A stretch of DNA of 64,000 bases from Longimicrobiales bacterium (GTDB lineage Bacteria; Gemmatimonadota; Gemmatimonadetes; Longimicrobiales; Gaopeijiaceae). A model generated the notes under the pieces. That model saw only the letters and a list, made by a program, of their open reading frames with translations. It was not told the DNA's origin and made no database searches. The stretch lies in assembly GCA_965226375.1 (NCBI GenBank), contig CBDDCX010000005.1, forward strand, positions 1 through 64,000. Direction: 5' to 3'. Positions 1-10,958 of this stretch are shown one piece after another. Both the position numbers and the translations under genes were made by a program. Numbering within the stretch: the first letter of the stretch is position 1; each line of letters starts with the position of its first letter.

Positions 1-909
1 CACTGTTCTCGACCTTCTCCAATCCCGTACGGCTGTCGATCGGGCCGTGGTCACATGGTGGTGGCTTCAACACGGACCCGTTCCTTCCCGATGACGCGGG
101 GACCGACCCGTCGTCCAGCGAACAGCGGAGGATGTTGTTCGACTTCTTCGACCACTATGTGAGCCAGCAGGCGAGTGAGCCGGGAGAAGGCGTTGGAGAA
201 ATCTCCTACTACACGTTCGGGGGAGGATGGAACAAGAGTCCCTCTTGGCCTCCCGAGGGCATGACGTCCACCCGTTGGTACTTCGGCCCGGACGGTACGC
301 TTGGCCCCACTCCCCCAGCGGAGGTTGAGGCGTATGACGAATACGACGTGGATTTCTCACACACCACGGGAACTCGAACCCGGTGGCACACGCAGCTCGG
401 CGGTGGCGACGTCGTCTATGGTGATCGCTCCGCCCAGGACGAGAAGCTGCTGACTTTCACCTCTGAGCCGCTCGACCGTGACGTCGAGATCACGGGCGCG
501 GTGGAGCTCGATCTTCATGTAGCGTCCTCCACGGAAGAGGCGGCCTTCTTCGGGTACCTGGAACTCGTAGCCCCCGACGGGACGTCACGGTACGTGACGG
601 AGGGCCAGCTCAGGGCGAGACACAGGGGAGAGTGCGAGGGCGATCCGCGGTATCCGGTTTGGGGTCCCTGCCACACGTTCGCCCGCGCCGATGCGCTCCC
701 GCTCGTGCCTGGAGAAGTCGCTCACGTTCGCTTCGGCTTCTAACAACACTTCGGTGCTCGTACCGGCGGGGTGCCGGATCCGAATCGCGTTAGGCGGGCA
801 CGACGCATCGGTTTTCGACCGATACCCGGCAGAAGGTCAGTCGGTGTGGATGGTTCATAGGAGCGCCACCCGACCCTCTGGAGTCGTGATTCCGCTGCGG
901 TATCGCTAG
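1..909 (+). pseudogene. CocE/NonD family hydrolase, 3' part (5' truncated by window), frameshifted near 741
   Basis: Frame from base 3 reads LSIGPWSHGG (catalytic His motif) into ORF 132..743 (LTFTSEPL..EITG..YVTEGQLRA). The expected C-terminus (TSVLVPAGCRIRIALGGHD..PSGVVIPL) continues in another frame, ORF 691..909. Confidence 0.75.
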
Positions 910-943
910 TGCATATTCCGACTCAGGTGCATGCTCCGACTCC

Positions 944-1480
944 CTAGTCGTTCTCCCGGTCGGGCGGCCCCCCACTATCCGGGTCCTGGTAGACCAGCAT
1001 GAAGAGCCACTCCGCCACCTTTGCCGGGCGGTCCTGGCCTTCGATTTCGACGCGGTTGGTGGTCCGGATCACGAATCGTCCGTCTCCCTTGCCGCGCACG
1101 TCGACGATTTCGCAGTGATTGCGCACGCGGCAGCCGATTCGAACCGGGGCCAGTAGCCTCACCCGATCGAAGCCGTAGTTGAAACCGTGCGTGACACCTG
1201 GTGGATAGTCATAGCCAGTGGACTGGCGCATGAAGTAGGTGAGCATGGAGATGGTCCAGAAGCCAAAGGCGATCGTAACGTCGTAGGGGCCCTCACGACG
1301 GGCACGTTCGGGGTCGATGTGCATCCAGTCGGGATCGAGAGTGGCTTCGGCGAACTGGTTAGTCAGCTCCTGCGTGACCTCGAGCCAGTGGGAGACCAGC
1401 GGCTCCTCGCCGTACGCCGCCCGAACGGTGGCCTCGTCCATACTCACAGAGGCAGCGTCAGTCCTCGTGGGCTCGGTCAT
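944..1480 (-). CDS. MaoC-family (hot-dog) acyl dehydratase
   Basis: FAEATLDPDWMHIDPERA, TIAFGF, NYGFDRVRLLAPV, RPAKVAEWL. ATG at 1480 overlaps the upstream stop (ATGA). Confidence 0.85.
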   Translation of the reverse strand: MTEPTRTDAASVSMDEATVRAAYGEEPLVSHWLEVTQELTNQFAEATLDPDWMHIDPERARREGPYDVTIAFGFWTISMLTYFMRQSTGYDYPPGVTHGFNYGFDRVRLLAPVRIGCRVRNHCEIVDVRGKGDGRFVIRTTNRVEIEGQDRPAKVAEWLFMLVYQDPDSGGPPDREND

Positions 1481-3072
1481 TGTCGCTCCAGTAGTGCGGT
1501 TTTCAGTCGCATTCGATCGATCTTGCCGATGCGGGACATGGGCATCCGCTCTCGGACCTCGATGTGGCGCGGGACCTTGAAGTCGGCGAGCTGAGTCTCG
1601 CAAAGCTCGCGAACAGCGTCGACGCCAATCTCTCTACCCTCGACAGGCGTGACCACCAGCCAGACCACCTCGCCGTAGATCTCGTGCGGCACACCCAGTG
1701 CCGCCGCCACTGCCACGTCGGGATGCGTCAACGCCACCTCCTCGACCTCGCTGGCGAGGACCGTGTAGCTGCCTACCCGAATGATCTGCTTCTTTCGGCC
1801 CTGGATAACCAGTGCGCCGGATTCGGTCAGGTGCCCGAGGTCACCGGTCCGGCACATGCCGTCCTCGGTGAAGCCGACCGCGTCCTCTTCGGGCATCCGA
1901 AAATATCCCGGAATCGTCAGAGCCCCACCGACGAGGACCTCGCCGATCTGCCCCGGCGGCAGTGGCTCGTCGTTCTCGTCGACGATCGCGATGTGCACCC
2001 CTTGCTGCGGTTTGCCCACGTATCCGCTGGCCAGCAGTTCCAGGGCATCACCGGGCTCGGTGAACGTCACCTCCGCGCCCGCTTCGGTGCTGCCGTAGCC
2101 TACCACGACCTGCCGGCAGATCCGGTCGTGCACGCCCCGTAGCAGCTCGAGCGCCACCTTCTCGCCCGACAGGAACACGATCTTCAGGCAGGAGAGATCG
2201 AAGCGATCGAGGTCAGGCAGCGACAGCAGAATCGCGTACATGGTCGGAACGGCCCCGCAGATCGGGATCTGGCGTTCGACGATCGCCTCGAGAACCGGGT
2301 AGGGGCTCCACTTCTCCTGGAGGACGACCTCCCAACCGGCAACGAGCGGGGCCGCGATCAGCTCCAGAGCTCCGCCGATGTGGCTGGGGGGCAGGTTGCC
2401 GAGCACGCGGACCTGACCTTCGTGCCCCTGCTCAACCAGCATGCGGGCGAGAGACTCGGCCTGTGTGCGACACGTAGCAGTGACGTTGGCTTGGGAGAGG
2501 AGCGCGGCCTTCGGGACGCCCGTCGAGCCACCGGTGAAGATGATCAGGGCACCGTCCTCCGCACGGCGTTGATCCAGCGCCCCGGTCAGGTCGACACTGC
2601 TCTTTCCAGCGTTGCCCACCAAGTCATCGAAGCGCGGTCCGAGATCCGAGGGCTCCAGCGTTACGACGGTCGTGGTCTCGAGGAGGTCCTGGATGTCGCG
2701 TAGCCGATCGGTAATCGCCTCCTCGTCGGGGCCGTGAGCGGCCACCAGCACGCCGGGCTCGGCCGCGCCGATGAACCGCCGCAAATCGGCCGACCGGAAA
2801 CGGACGTCGAGCGGAACCAGGATCGCGCCGATCTTGTTGGCGGCGGCGAACGTCACGACGCACTCGGGACCAGGAGGCAGTATCGTCGCCACGCGGTCTC
2901 CCCGAGCGATGCCCAAGTCCAGGAAGGCACGGGCGCACTGGTCGCTCCGCTGTTCCAATTCGGCGTAGGAGACCGATATGTCTTCGAAGCTGAACGCGGC
3001 CAGGTCCGGCTCCAACTCGGCCCAGTGCCGAAGGTAATCCGAGAATGTGTCGAGCCGAGGGATCGCGTTCAT
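1477..3072 (-). CDS. Class I adenylate-forming enzyme (acyl-CoA ligase)
   Basis: IFTGGSTGVPK P-loop, GYGSTE, RTGDLG, GRKKQII, GKIDR. Start at ATG 3072 (AGGA upstream) or 3105. Confidence 0.9.
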   Translation of the reverse strand: MNAIPRLDTFSDYLRHWAELEPDLAAFSFEDISVSYAELEQRSDQCARAFLDLGIARGDRVATILPPGPECVVTFAAANKIGAILVPLDVRFRSADLRRFIGAAEPGVLVAAHGPDEEAITDRLRDIQDLLETTTVVTLEPSDLGPRFDDLVGNAGKSSVDLTGALDQRRAEDGALIIFTGGSTGVPKAALLSQANVTATCRTQAESLARMLVEQGHEGQVRVLGNLPPSHIGGALELIAAPLVAGWEVVLQEKWSPYPVLEAIVERQIPICGAVPTMYAILLSLPDLDRFDLSCLKIVFLSGEKVALELLRGVHDRICRQVVVGYGSTEAGAEVTFTEPGDALELLASGYVGKPQQGVHIAIVDENDEPLPPGQIGEVLVGGALTIPGYFRMPEEDAVGFTEDGMCRTGDLGHLTESGALVIQGRKKQIIRVGSYTVLASEVEEVALTHPDVAVAAALGVPHEIYGEVVWLVVTPVEGREIGVDAVRELCETQLADFKVPRHIEVRERMPMSRIGKIDRMRLKTALLERQ

Positions 3073-3082
3073 GGTCGAGATC

Positions 3083-4443
3083 CTAAGGCCGCCCGGCGGG
3101 CTCATCTCGGGACTCCGACAGTTTTCGCAGGGCGTCCTCGATCCGAATGCCCCTCCGCCCGAGGGCCCGCCGACGGAGCACGTAGTATCCCGCTCCCGCG
3201 CCGATCAGCGCCAGAAACGCCAGGCTCGTCGCCGGGCTGTCGATCACCGCGAGGATCGCAAGACCAAGCGAGCAAAGGATCAGGGCGCTGCCGACGACTG
3301 TACGTGACAGCGGGCCGAGCCTGAACCCGTGTGGTGGCGCCTGAGTGGCACTTTCGAACCGCAGGAAGGCCAGTGAAGCCAGCACCTGGACCACCATGCT
3401 CGCCACCACCGCCAGCGTCGCGTAGCGTCTGATCGATGCCCCGAGGAGCACTCCGAGCACGGCGATAACCGCGACCACAGTCACCGACCGTGTGGGCGTT
3501 TCCGATCGAGGTGAGAGGCGCCCGAGGCCTTCCGGCAGGATCCCATCGCGAGCCAGTGCATAAATATCCCGCGACTGGGAAGGAAGATGGCGTTCAGCGA
3601 GGTGACGATCGCCAGCAAGGCGCCGAGGGACACGAGCGTTGCCAAGGACCCCGGAAGAAAGGTCGAAGCCGCGGCGCCCAAGGGCGCAGGCGTACTCGCC
3701 AGGTCCTGCCAGTCGATGAGTCCCGGCAACGCCACCGAGACCATCCCGTAGACGAGAAGCACGCACGCGAACCCTATCAACAGTGCCCGAGGGATCGTCC
3801 AAGCCGGGCGCTCGATCTCCTCGGCCATCTCGACGATGGCAAAAAAACCGATGAACGAGAAGTAGGCCGGCACCGCGGCCATGACGACAGGGGTGACCCC
3901 GACCGGGAAGAATGGACTCAGGCGTGAAGAGTCCATCGTGGCGATGCCTCCGACACCGAAGAGGACCAGGACCGCCAGAAATCCGATCACCATGACAGCC
4001 TGAGCGAGAACGGTCAGGCGCACGCCCGTAGCGTTGACGGCCCACGTGAGCAGCACGGCAGCGAGTGCGATGGCGGTTCGCAAGAGACCCCCGGATTCGA
4101 ACCCCGGCAGCAGCAGGCTCAGGTAGTCGGCGAGTCCATACGCGACCAGCGGCACACCCACGAAGACCGCCGCGAGCGCTGCCCAGGCAGTGATGAACCC
4201 CCAGAAAGGCGAGATCACTCGACTGACGGCGACGTAAGTCGCTCCACTGACCGGGAACGTGCTTCCGATCTCGGCGCTCACCACGCAACACAGAAACGCC
4301 GGAACCGCGGCCAGTAGGTAGGAGACCACAACTGCGGGCCCGGCGACGGCCGCGAGTTCGCCCGGGAGGATAAAGATGGACGCTCCGACGATGTACCCGA
4401 CGAGCATCGCAACGGCGCCGAAGAGACCGATGCGTCTCTTCAA
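3083..4443 (-). pseudogene. APC-family amino acid permease, frameshifted near 3580
   Basis: N-part 3481..4443 (VGASIFILPG, GATYV, AEEIERP). C-part in ORF 3083..4291 (SRDIYALARDGILP..TP). Adding one T at CTT(T)CC restores the frame. Confidence 0.8.
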
Positions 4444-4548
4444 CGGCGGCTCACTGTCGAGTACGTGATCACTGGACGTGGTTCTCGATTCTCCGAGGGC
4501 AGTGCATTCGAGGCGTCCACGGGCATGGAGTGGCTTCCGGCGGCAGCC

Positions 4549-5748
4549 CTATCGCTCCTCGATCGACAGGTTCACCAGTTCCCGGAAGCGGCCCAGCGGG
4601 TTTGGACCTCGCGGCGTCTGCGTGAACACCAACCCGATGATCCCCCGCTCTGGATCGACCCACGCGTTGGTACCGTCCGAGCCGCCGTGGCCGTAGGCCC
4701 CGTCGGTCACTCGCCATCCATATGCGTAATACGACGCCTCGTCGCCCTCTCCGGAGATATGAATCTTGGGTGACGTCATGCGCTTCACGCTCTCGGGCTC
4801 GAGGATCCGGACCCCGTCGTAGATCCCACCGTTCAAGAACATCTGGCAGAAAATCGCGTAGTCCCACGCCGTCGAGACCATGCCGCCGGACGCGCGCGCA
4901 AAGGGATATGCCACCGGACCACCGGGAGTCCCGCCCGGCTCCCACTCGCCTGATGCGCCCCGCCGGTAGTAGACGGAACCCATGCGGTCCAGTTTGCCGT
5001 CGAGCTCGTGTCCCGCTCGGTGGTTGTAGCTGTCCGCCATTCCGAGCGGCGCGTAGATCCTTGCGCGAAGCTGGTCTTCGAGAAGTTGGTCTGAAGCGAT
5101 CTCCACGAGTGCGCCGAGCGTGTTGTATCCGGGGTTGTTGTAGCTGTAGGTCTCGCCCGGCGTAACAGCGGCTCCGACCGTGCCGAAGCGTGCCGCCTCC
5201 AGTTGCAGGGTCGAGGCCCCGGGATGATCCCGCGAAGGCTCCATCAGAGGCTGGAGGAAAAGGCTCGAGATCCGAAGGCCGCTACTGTGGGACAGCAGGT
5301 GGTTGACGGAAATGAAACCGGCCCGATAGTTGTCCCACTCGGGGATGAACTCCCGAACTAGATGGTCATACGCCAGCTGGTCCTGCTCCACTAACTGTGC
5401 GATGGCCGTGGCTATGACTGGCTTGGTGTTCGAGGCCATGCGGAACATGGTGTTCCGCTCCATCGGGAGCCCCTGCTCCTTGTCCTTCGACCCTATCGCC
5501 TGGTGCAGCACCACCCGTCCGTTGCGGGCCACCAGCACCACGGCGCCGACCAGGTCACCTCGCTCGACAGCCTCCTCGTAGAGGCCCACGGCTCCCTGAA
5601 GGACCGCCGAGGACATGCCGACATCTTCGGGCTCGCCATAGGACAGAACGCGCGCCTGCTGGCTCTCGGCACGGGAGGAAAGCAGACCCAGCGCGACGAT
5701 GAGGGTGATCACGCTCCGGACCACGACTCTCGGTGTTTGTGACCTCAT
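4549..5748 (-). CDS. Secreted serine hydrolase (beta-lactamase/AmpC-like family)
   Basis: SxxK (ASNTK), LLSHSSG, YxN (YSYNN), HGG motif, signal peptide. AAGGA RBS before ATG 5748. Confidence 0.9.
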   Translation of the reverse strand: MRSQTPRVVVRSVITLIVALGLLSSRAESQQARVLSYGEPEDVGMSSAVLQGAVGLYEEAVERGDLVGAVVLVARNGRVVLHQAIGSKDKEQGLPMERNTMFRMASNTKPVIATAIAQLVEQDQLAYDHLVREFIPEWDNYRAGFISVNHLLSHSSGLRISSLFLQPLMEPSRDHPGASTLQLEAARFGTVGAAVTPGETYSYNNPGYNTLGALVEIASDQLLEDQLRARIYAPLGMADSYNHRAGHELDGKLDRMGSVYYRRGASGEWEPGGTPGGPVAYPFARASGGMVSTAWDYAIFCQMFLNGGIYDGVRILEPESVKRMTSPKIHISGEGDEASYYAYGWRVTDGAYGHGGSDGTNAWVDPERGIIGLVFTQTPRGPNPLGRFRELVNLSIEER

Positions 5749-5949
5749 GCGGTTTCCTTTCACCTGGCGGATACGGCGTCTGGGTCGGTGCAACATGCGA
5801 GCACAGGCGTCTGCGAGAAAGTGTGCGAGGACGCCCGACATTCGCTCGGATCGGAGTTTGTGGATCTCCGGTGCCGCTCTCCGCGGCTGGCCCGATGCTC
5901 GAGCACTAGCGAAGTTGGTCTGACCCTCCCCACCCCGAGGATCGAGGCA

Positions 5950-7311
5950 ATGAGTGGTCTCTGCCTGAAGAAGGCCCTGCTGGTTCTTTCGACGCTCGGG
6001 CTCTGCGCCGCCTGCTCCGACGGATCGAACGATCCGGCGGGGCCGGGTGACAACAATGGCGGACCTGGTGGGGGAGACCCTCCCGGCGGTGCAGGCGGGG
6101 ACGCAGGTGCCTCAACCTTGCCCGCGTTCGTCGAGAGGCTGCCCGGGAGTCGCAACCATAGCCCCGACGGCACTTGGTGGGGCTACAACATGAGCAAGGT
6201 CGTTCGCCGGGGTAGTGTCGTTTTCACGTACGTCATCGAGAACGACGACAACCCGTCCACCTATTCCACGTTCAGGATATACAAGAAGGACGGGGACGGG
6301 GATTGGACGGCGGGTGCCGAATTCGCTACCACTCGGCCGGGGAATATCCTGATTGACTCGAACGGCGGACTCCACGCGTTCGTCTTCGAAGCTACGGATA
6401 TCGGTGAGAACGACTCCGTCGGGAAACTTCTCCACTACACCATGGCCGGTGCGGCCGAGGGTGACATCACCAGCTTCACCCGAGAGACTGTTGTCGACCA
6501 CGTCAGTGGAGACGAGACGGTCAATATCCGAGTTGGAGCGGCCATCGGCGCCGCCGACCGAATGGTGGTCGCCTTCGGTTTGGGAACCGATGCGGATGGC
6601 GCTACGGAGCAGGTGCTCAGCAAGGTGGTCGGGGGAGCGTGGATGCAGGAGTCGGCCGGCACCCAGCTGGGACACGACTTCTACTATCCCTTCGTTGCGC
6701 TCACCTCAACCGGCGCCATCTGCCTCCTGCCCGTCCAGGATGACTTTACTGGTATCGGGAATCCGAACATCTACCAGATCATTCGGTTCTTCAAGAACAG
6801 CGGCACGGGCTGGTCCGCAGAGAACATTGTCGATCACACATCTCATACGTTGGCAGCCGGTCGCGCCCGGCTCCTCGAGCAGAGTGACCTCTACGTCGAC
6901 GCCAGCGACGGTGTCCACATTTTCTACAAGGAGTACTTGAGTGCGGATGAGGGACGATTGTCTTCCATCAAGCATCTGACCGGATCAATGGGATCCTGGA
7001 CTACGCAGACCATCGATCCAGCGTTGCTCGACCTGAACTGGGTGAAGATGATCGAGGTCGGTGGAACCCGATATCTGGTAGGTACGAGCAACGAGCAGCT
7101 ATACATCATGGATGAGACCGGCACCACGATTCGGGAGATTCCCGTTCCGGGCGACATGTCCGGCATCTACCCCTACGTGGCCACTCGCCAAGGCGGCACC
7201 TCCGACTCGGAGGAGTACCTGGACATCGTCCTCCTGAACGGTCGCAGTGGGGATTACCCCAACGCAGCGAACTACTACGTTCGGATCGACAAGTCGGAGA
7301 TCACGTTCTAG
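5950..7311 (+). CDS. Hypothetical lipoprotein, Gly/Pro linker plus beta-rich (possibly propeller/BNR-like) domain
   Basis: Lipobox-like LCAAC after a hydrophobic stretch; long ORF with repeated xGxxW strand-end motifs. Confidence 0.65.
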   Translation: MSGLCLKKALLVLSTLGLCAACSDGSNDPAGPGDNNGGPGGGDPPGGAGGDAGASTLPAFVERLPGSRNHSPDGTWWGYNMSKVVRRGSVVFTYVIENDDNPSTYSTFRIYKKDGDGDWTAGAEFATTRPGNILIDSNGGLHAFVFEATDIGENDSVGKLLHYTMAGAAEGDITSFTRETVVDHVSGDETVNIRVGAAIGAADRMVVAFGLGTDADGATEQVLSKVVGGAWMQESAGTQLGHDFYYPFVALTSTGAICLLPVQDDFTGIGNPNIYQIIRFFKNSGTGWSAENIVDHTSHTLAAGRARLLEQSDLYVDASDGVHIFYKEYLSADEGRLSSIKHLTGSMGSWTTQTIDPALLDLNWVKMIEVGGTRYLVGTSNEQLYIMDETGTTIREIPVPGDMSGIYPYVATRQGGTSDSEEYLDIVLLNGRSGDYPNAANYYVRIDKSEITF

Positions 7312-7313
7312 GG

Positions 7314-9667
7314 TCAGCCGCCCAACCGCTCCACGGCCTCCTCGGCCTCCCGGACCCAGGTCAGCCCCGGGTCGGCGTTCTCCATCCGAGACAGGAATGT
7401 GCGGTAGGCTGCCAAGGCGTTCTCCGGCTCACCCACGGCCTCATACGACTGCCCAAGCCGGAACTTGGCCCACGAGCGCTGGTTGGTGCTGCGGGAAATA
7501 CCTTCGAAGACGCCGATCGCCTCCCTCCAGCGCTCGGTTTTCCAGGCGAGGTCGCCCAACTCTCCCATGAGCTCACCACCGATCATCGAATGCAGGCCTT
7601 CTCTGAGCAGTTGGTAGGCGCCCTCCGGGTCTCCGCCCCTCGACAGTCGAAGACTCTCCAGGGTGACGCCGACATCGGCCACTATTGCTTCCACGTCGAC
7701 GACTCCTGGTGGCGCCCGCCCAAAGAAGGATCGCAGCCCGGTGAGCACGCGATCCTTGGTCGCCTGGAAGGTGTCAAAATCTCCGAGAGCGGCCGCTGCG
7801 AAGGCGCGCGCAAAGCCTACCTCCAGATCGGGGCCTGAATCACCCTCGGGGAGGGACTCATAGGCGACTCGCACGTCCTCGAGGGAAGCGTCTCCCAGGT
7901 CGTGTTGGAGCAGGATCGTCGAGACGAGCTGGGCTTGGGCCGAGGCCGTCGACTCGGCGGCGAGCTGGTCCTGGAGCTCGGCGAAGCGACCCTGCTGGAT
8001 GTAGAGGTTGGCCATGTCATCGCCCGGGCTGGGTCCATCGGGGACGGCCTCGAGCATCGGTCTCGCACGGTCGAGATCCTTGTCCATCATACCCAGGAGA
8101 CTCTGGTCGAGGCGTACGACCTCAGAGGGGGCTATCTCACTCAGGTCTTTGACAGCGGCAGCCCGCTCCTCGGCGCTGCCGTGTAACAGATTCCACCGAA
8201 GTTGTAATCCCGCGTGTCGCTCAGGATCCGCCCCGGCCGCTTGATGGCCCTCCATCAGTGCCACGAACTTCTCGGCCTGTCCCTTGGCGCTGGCCCACTC
8301 GAGGGCGTGCACGTAATAGGGTCCAAAAGTGGGATCGAGCTCGACGGTCTTGTAGAGCGCCTCTTCCAGTTGCTCGTCAGTGACCCCGGTCGCGGTGCGC
8401 GTGTGGAGCGCGGCTTCGCCCACCAGGTACCATCCGTCCAGATCATCGGGGTACCGCGCGACATAGCGACGAAGCGTCTCGATCTCGTCGAAGACGGTTG
8501 ACGACGCGATCGAGGCACCGATCGTGAGCAAGGTGGCCTCCCGAGCCGGTAGTCGATCACCGTATTGTCTGGCCATCTGCTTCGCGGCCCGTCCCTCCGG
8601 GTCACCGATGCCGTCCATCCAGCCGATGGTCTCGCCGAGTCGCCAGTGCGCGAGAGCGAAGGTCGAATCCTCTGCGATCGCGCGTTCGAGCGACTCCCGG
8701 GCCTCCGCGAACCGTGATCGGCGGAGGCCGCGTCGCCCTCGAGGTAGTGGCGGAGGGCGGGCACGGACCCGGTCAGGAGGCTCGCGAGGCGGAAGTTCTG
8801 GGCCGCCGAACCTTGCTCCGTGGCGTCGAGGAGAGATCGCATGACCTCGACGGTGAGTTCGTCCACCAGCTCGAGTACCTCGTCGGGCGATCCCTCGACC
8901 CGTCCTCCATCTCCCACCTGGGAGCCGTCTGCCAGGTCGTAAACCTGGGCGGTGAAGCGCACCTGGCCACCCACGGACACGCCGCTGCCCACCACCGCGT
9001 AGCGGGCGCCCGTGCCACCCGCCACACGGAGCGCGTCCACGAGCTCGGCGTCGGCGGTCTCACCGATCTCTCGGTTCCAACGGGCCAGAACCGTGCGGGC
9101 GTCGATGGCCCGGTAGTCGGACAGCCCGTCCAAATTGGCCGAGACCAGATCGACCATCCCCTCCCGGTAGACCTCCAGGTCGGGGCCGGTCACATGGAAG
9201 GGCAGGACAGCGATGCCGCTGGCCGCCAGTTCGGCACCGGCCTCCTGGGGGCCGATCAAGGACCCGCCCCCGCGAAGGATCACGAAGACACCGGCTGCCC
9301 CGAACAGGAGCGAGAGCGCCACCACGCCACCCATGATCGCGCGGCCCCAGGTCAGGTGCGGGAGCTTCCCAGCCTTGAGGCTGGCCAGGACGTCGGAGGG
9401 TGCGACCTGCCAATCCGTCGGGACCTCTCCCGCCTCTTCGGCCGCTGTGGTCTGCGGAAGCGATTGAACCCACGCGGTGGCCAGAACCACCACGAGACCG
9501 ACCACCAACAGGAGCACGGCTACCGGGCCAACCCACTCGGGCAGGGCGAGCAAGCCGGTCGCCGTCTCGATGATCTGCAGGACAACCCAGGAAGCACCCA
9601 GATAGACCATGAAGACCTGTACGATTCTCGCGCCTCGAAGGCGGTCCCACAGTGAAGGGGTCGTCAT
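7314..9667 (-). pseudogene. Membrane-anchored TolB-N-like/TPR protein, frameshifted near 8725
   Basis: N-part 8255..9676 (3 TM, IAVLPF, ARYAVVGS). C-part 7314..8618 (TPR-like FRLGQSYEAVGEPENALAAY). Adding one T gives YLEGDAAFRRSRFAEARESLERAI. Confidence 0.75.
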
Positions 9668-9719
9668 GGGGACCAAGGTACGGTTGGGGGCTTGCCGTGC
9701 AAAAGGGGAAATTGGGACG

Positions 9720-10901
9720 TCAGAGCACCATCACCTTCTCCAACGCCTGCTCGACATCGTGGATCACGTCTCGCATGTCCTCGAGCCCAACGGATATTCG
9801 GATCAATCCCGGGGTGATACCAGCCGCCTGCCGTTCCTCCTCAGAGAGCTTGGCATGCGTCGTAGAGGACGGATGGCTGACAATCGAGCGGGTATCGCCG
9901 AGGTTGGCAGTCAAGGAACACATCTCGATCGAGTCCATGAACCGCTTTCCCTGCTCGAGTCCGCCATCGAGAGTGAAGGTGACCACCCCGCCGCCGGCCG
10001 ACATCTGACGCTTGGCTATCTCATACTGTGGATGTGAAGGCAGGAAGGGGTAACGCACGGAGGCGGGCGTGGGGTGACTCTCGAGCCACCGCGCCAGTTC
10101 CATGGCATTCTGTGAGTGTTTCTCCATCCGGAGCTCGAGCGTCTCGACGCTCTTGGAGAGGACCCACGCATTGAACGGAGACAGGGCCGGTCCGGTGGCA
10201 CGCGCAAAGTCGTAGATCTCCTGGATGAGATCTCCGGACCCCACCACCACACCGCCCATCACTCGCCCCTGGCCATCGATGTACTTGGTCGCCGAGTGGA
10301 GAGAGATGTGTGCACCGAGCTCGAGCGGACGCTGGAGGGCGGGTGTGGCGAAGCAGTTGTCCACCACCAGGATTACGTCCTTCTCCGCGGCGAGCCGTCC
10401 CAGGGGCTCGAGGTCGATCACGTCCACAGCGGGATTTGTGGGCGTCTCGAGGAACATGAGGCGCGTGTTGTCTTGGATGCCGGCCTGCCAGCCCTGATGG
10501 TCTGTCGCGTCTACATAGGTGTGGGTGATTCCAAACCTGGGCAGGATTTTGGTCAGAATCGTGTGGGTCGAGCCGAAGAGCGAGCGGCATGCCAGGACAT
10601 GGTCACCGGCTGAGCAGAGGGCCCCCAGCGTCGCGAACACGGCGGCCATACCGGTGGCCGTGGAATGTCCGGCCTCGGCGCCTTCCATCAGGCGAATCTT
10701 CTCCGAGAGCTCGGCTACGTTGGGGTTCGTGAATCGGCTGTAGATGTTACGCTGGATATCGCCCGCAAACGCGGCGCGCATCTCCTCGCTGTCGTCGAAG
10801 ACGAAACCCGACGTGAGGAACATCGGCACCGAATGCTCTCGGTGGGACGACACCTCGGCCTGAGTGCGGATTGCCTGGGTCTGACGCTTCCACTCTTTCA
10901 T
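9720..10901 (-). CDS. metZ: O-succinylhomoserine sulfhydrylase (PLP trans-sulfuration enzyme)
   Basis: YSRFTNP, ETPTNP, VDNCFATP, HSATKYIDGQGR, NLGDTRS, RISVGLED. Confidence 0.85.
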   Translation of the reverse strand: MKEWKRQTQAIRTQAEVSSHREHSVPMFLTSGFVFDDSEEMRAAFAGDIQRNIYSRFTNPNVAELSEKIRLMEGAEAGHSTATGMAAVFATLGALCSAGDHVLACRSLFGSTHTILTKILPRFGITHTYVDATDHQGWQAGIQDNTRLMFLETPTNPAVDVIDLEPLGRLAAEKDVILVVDNCFATPALQRPLELGAHISLHSATKYIDGQGRVMGGVVVGSGDLIQEIYDFARATGPALSPFNAWVLSKSVETLELRMEKHSQNAMELARWLESHPTPASVRYPFLPSHPQYEIAKRQMSAGGGVVTFTLDGGLEQGKRFMDSIEMCSLTANLGDTRSIVSHPSSTTHAKLSEEERQAAGITPGLIRISVGLEDMRDVIHDVEQALEKVMVL

Positions 10902-10958
10902 GGCAGATTCTCGGGAGACGTTGGTCGGAGAGGCACGATAGGACTCGAAAGGAGCGAT

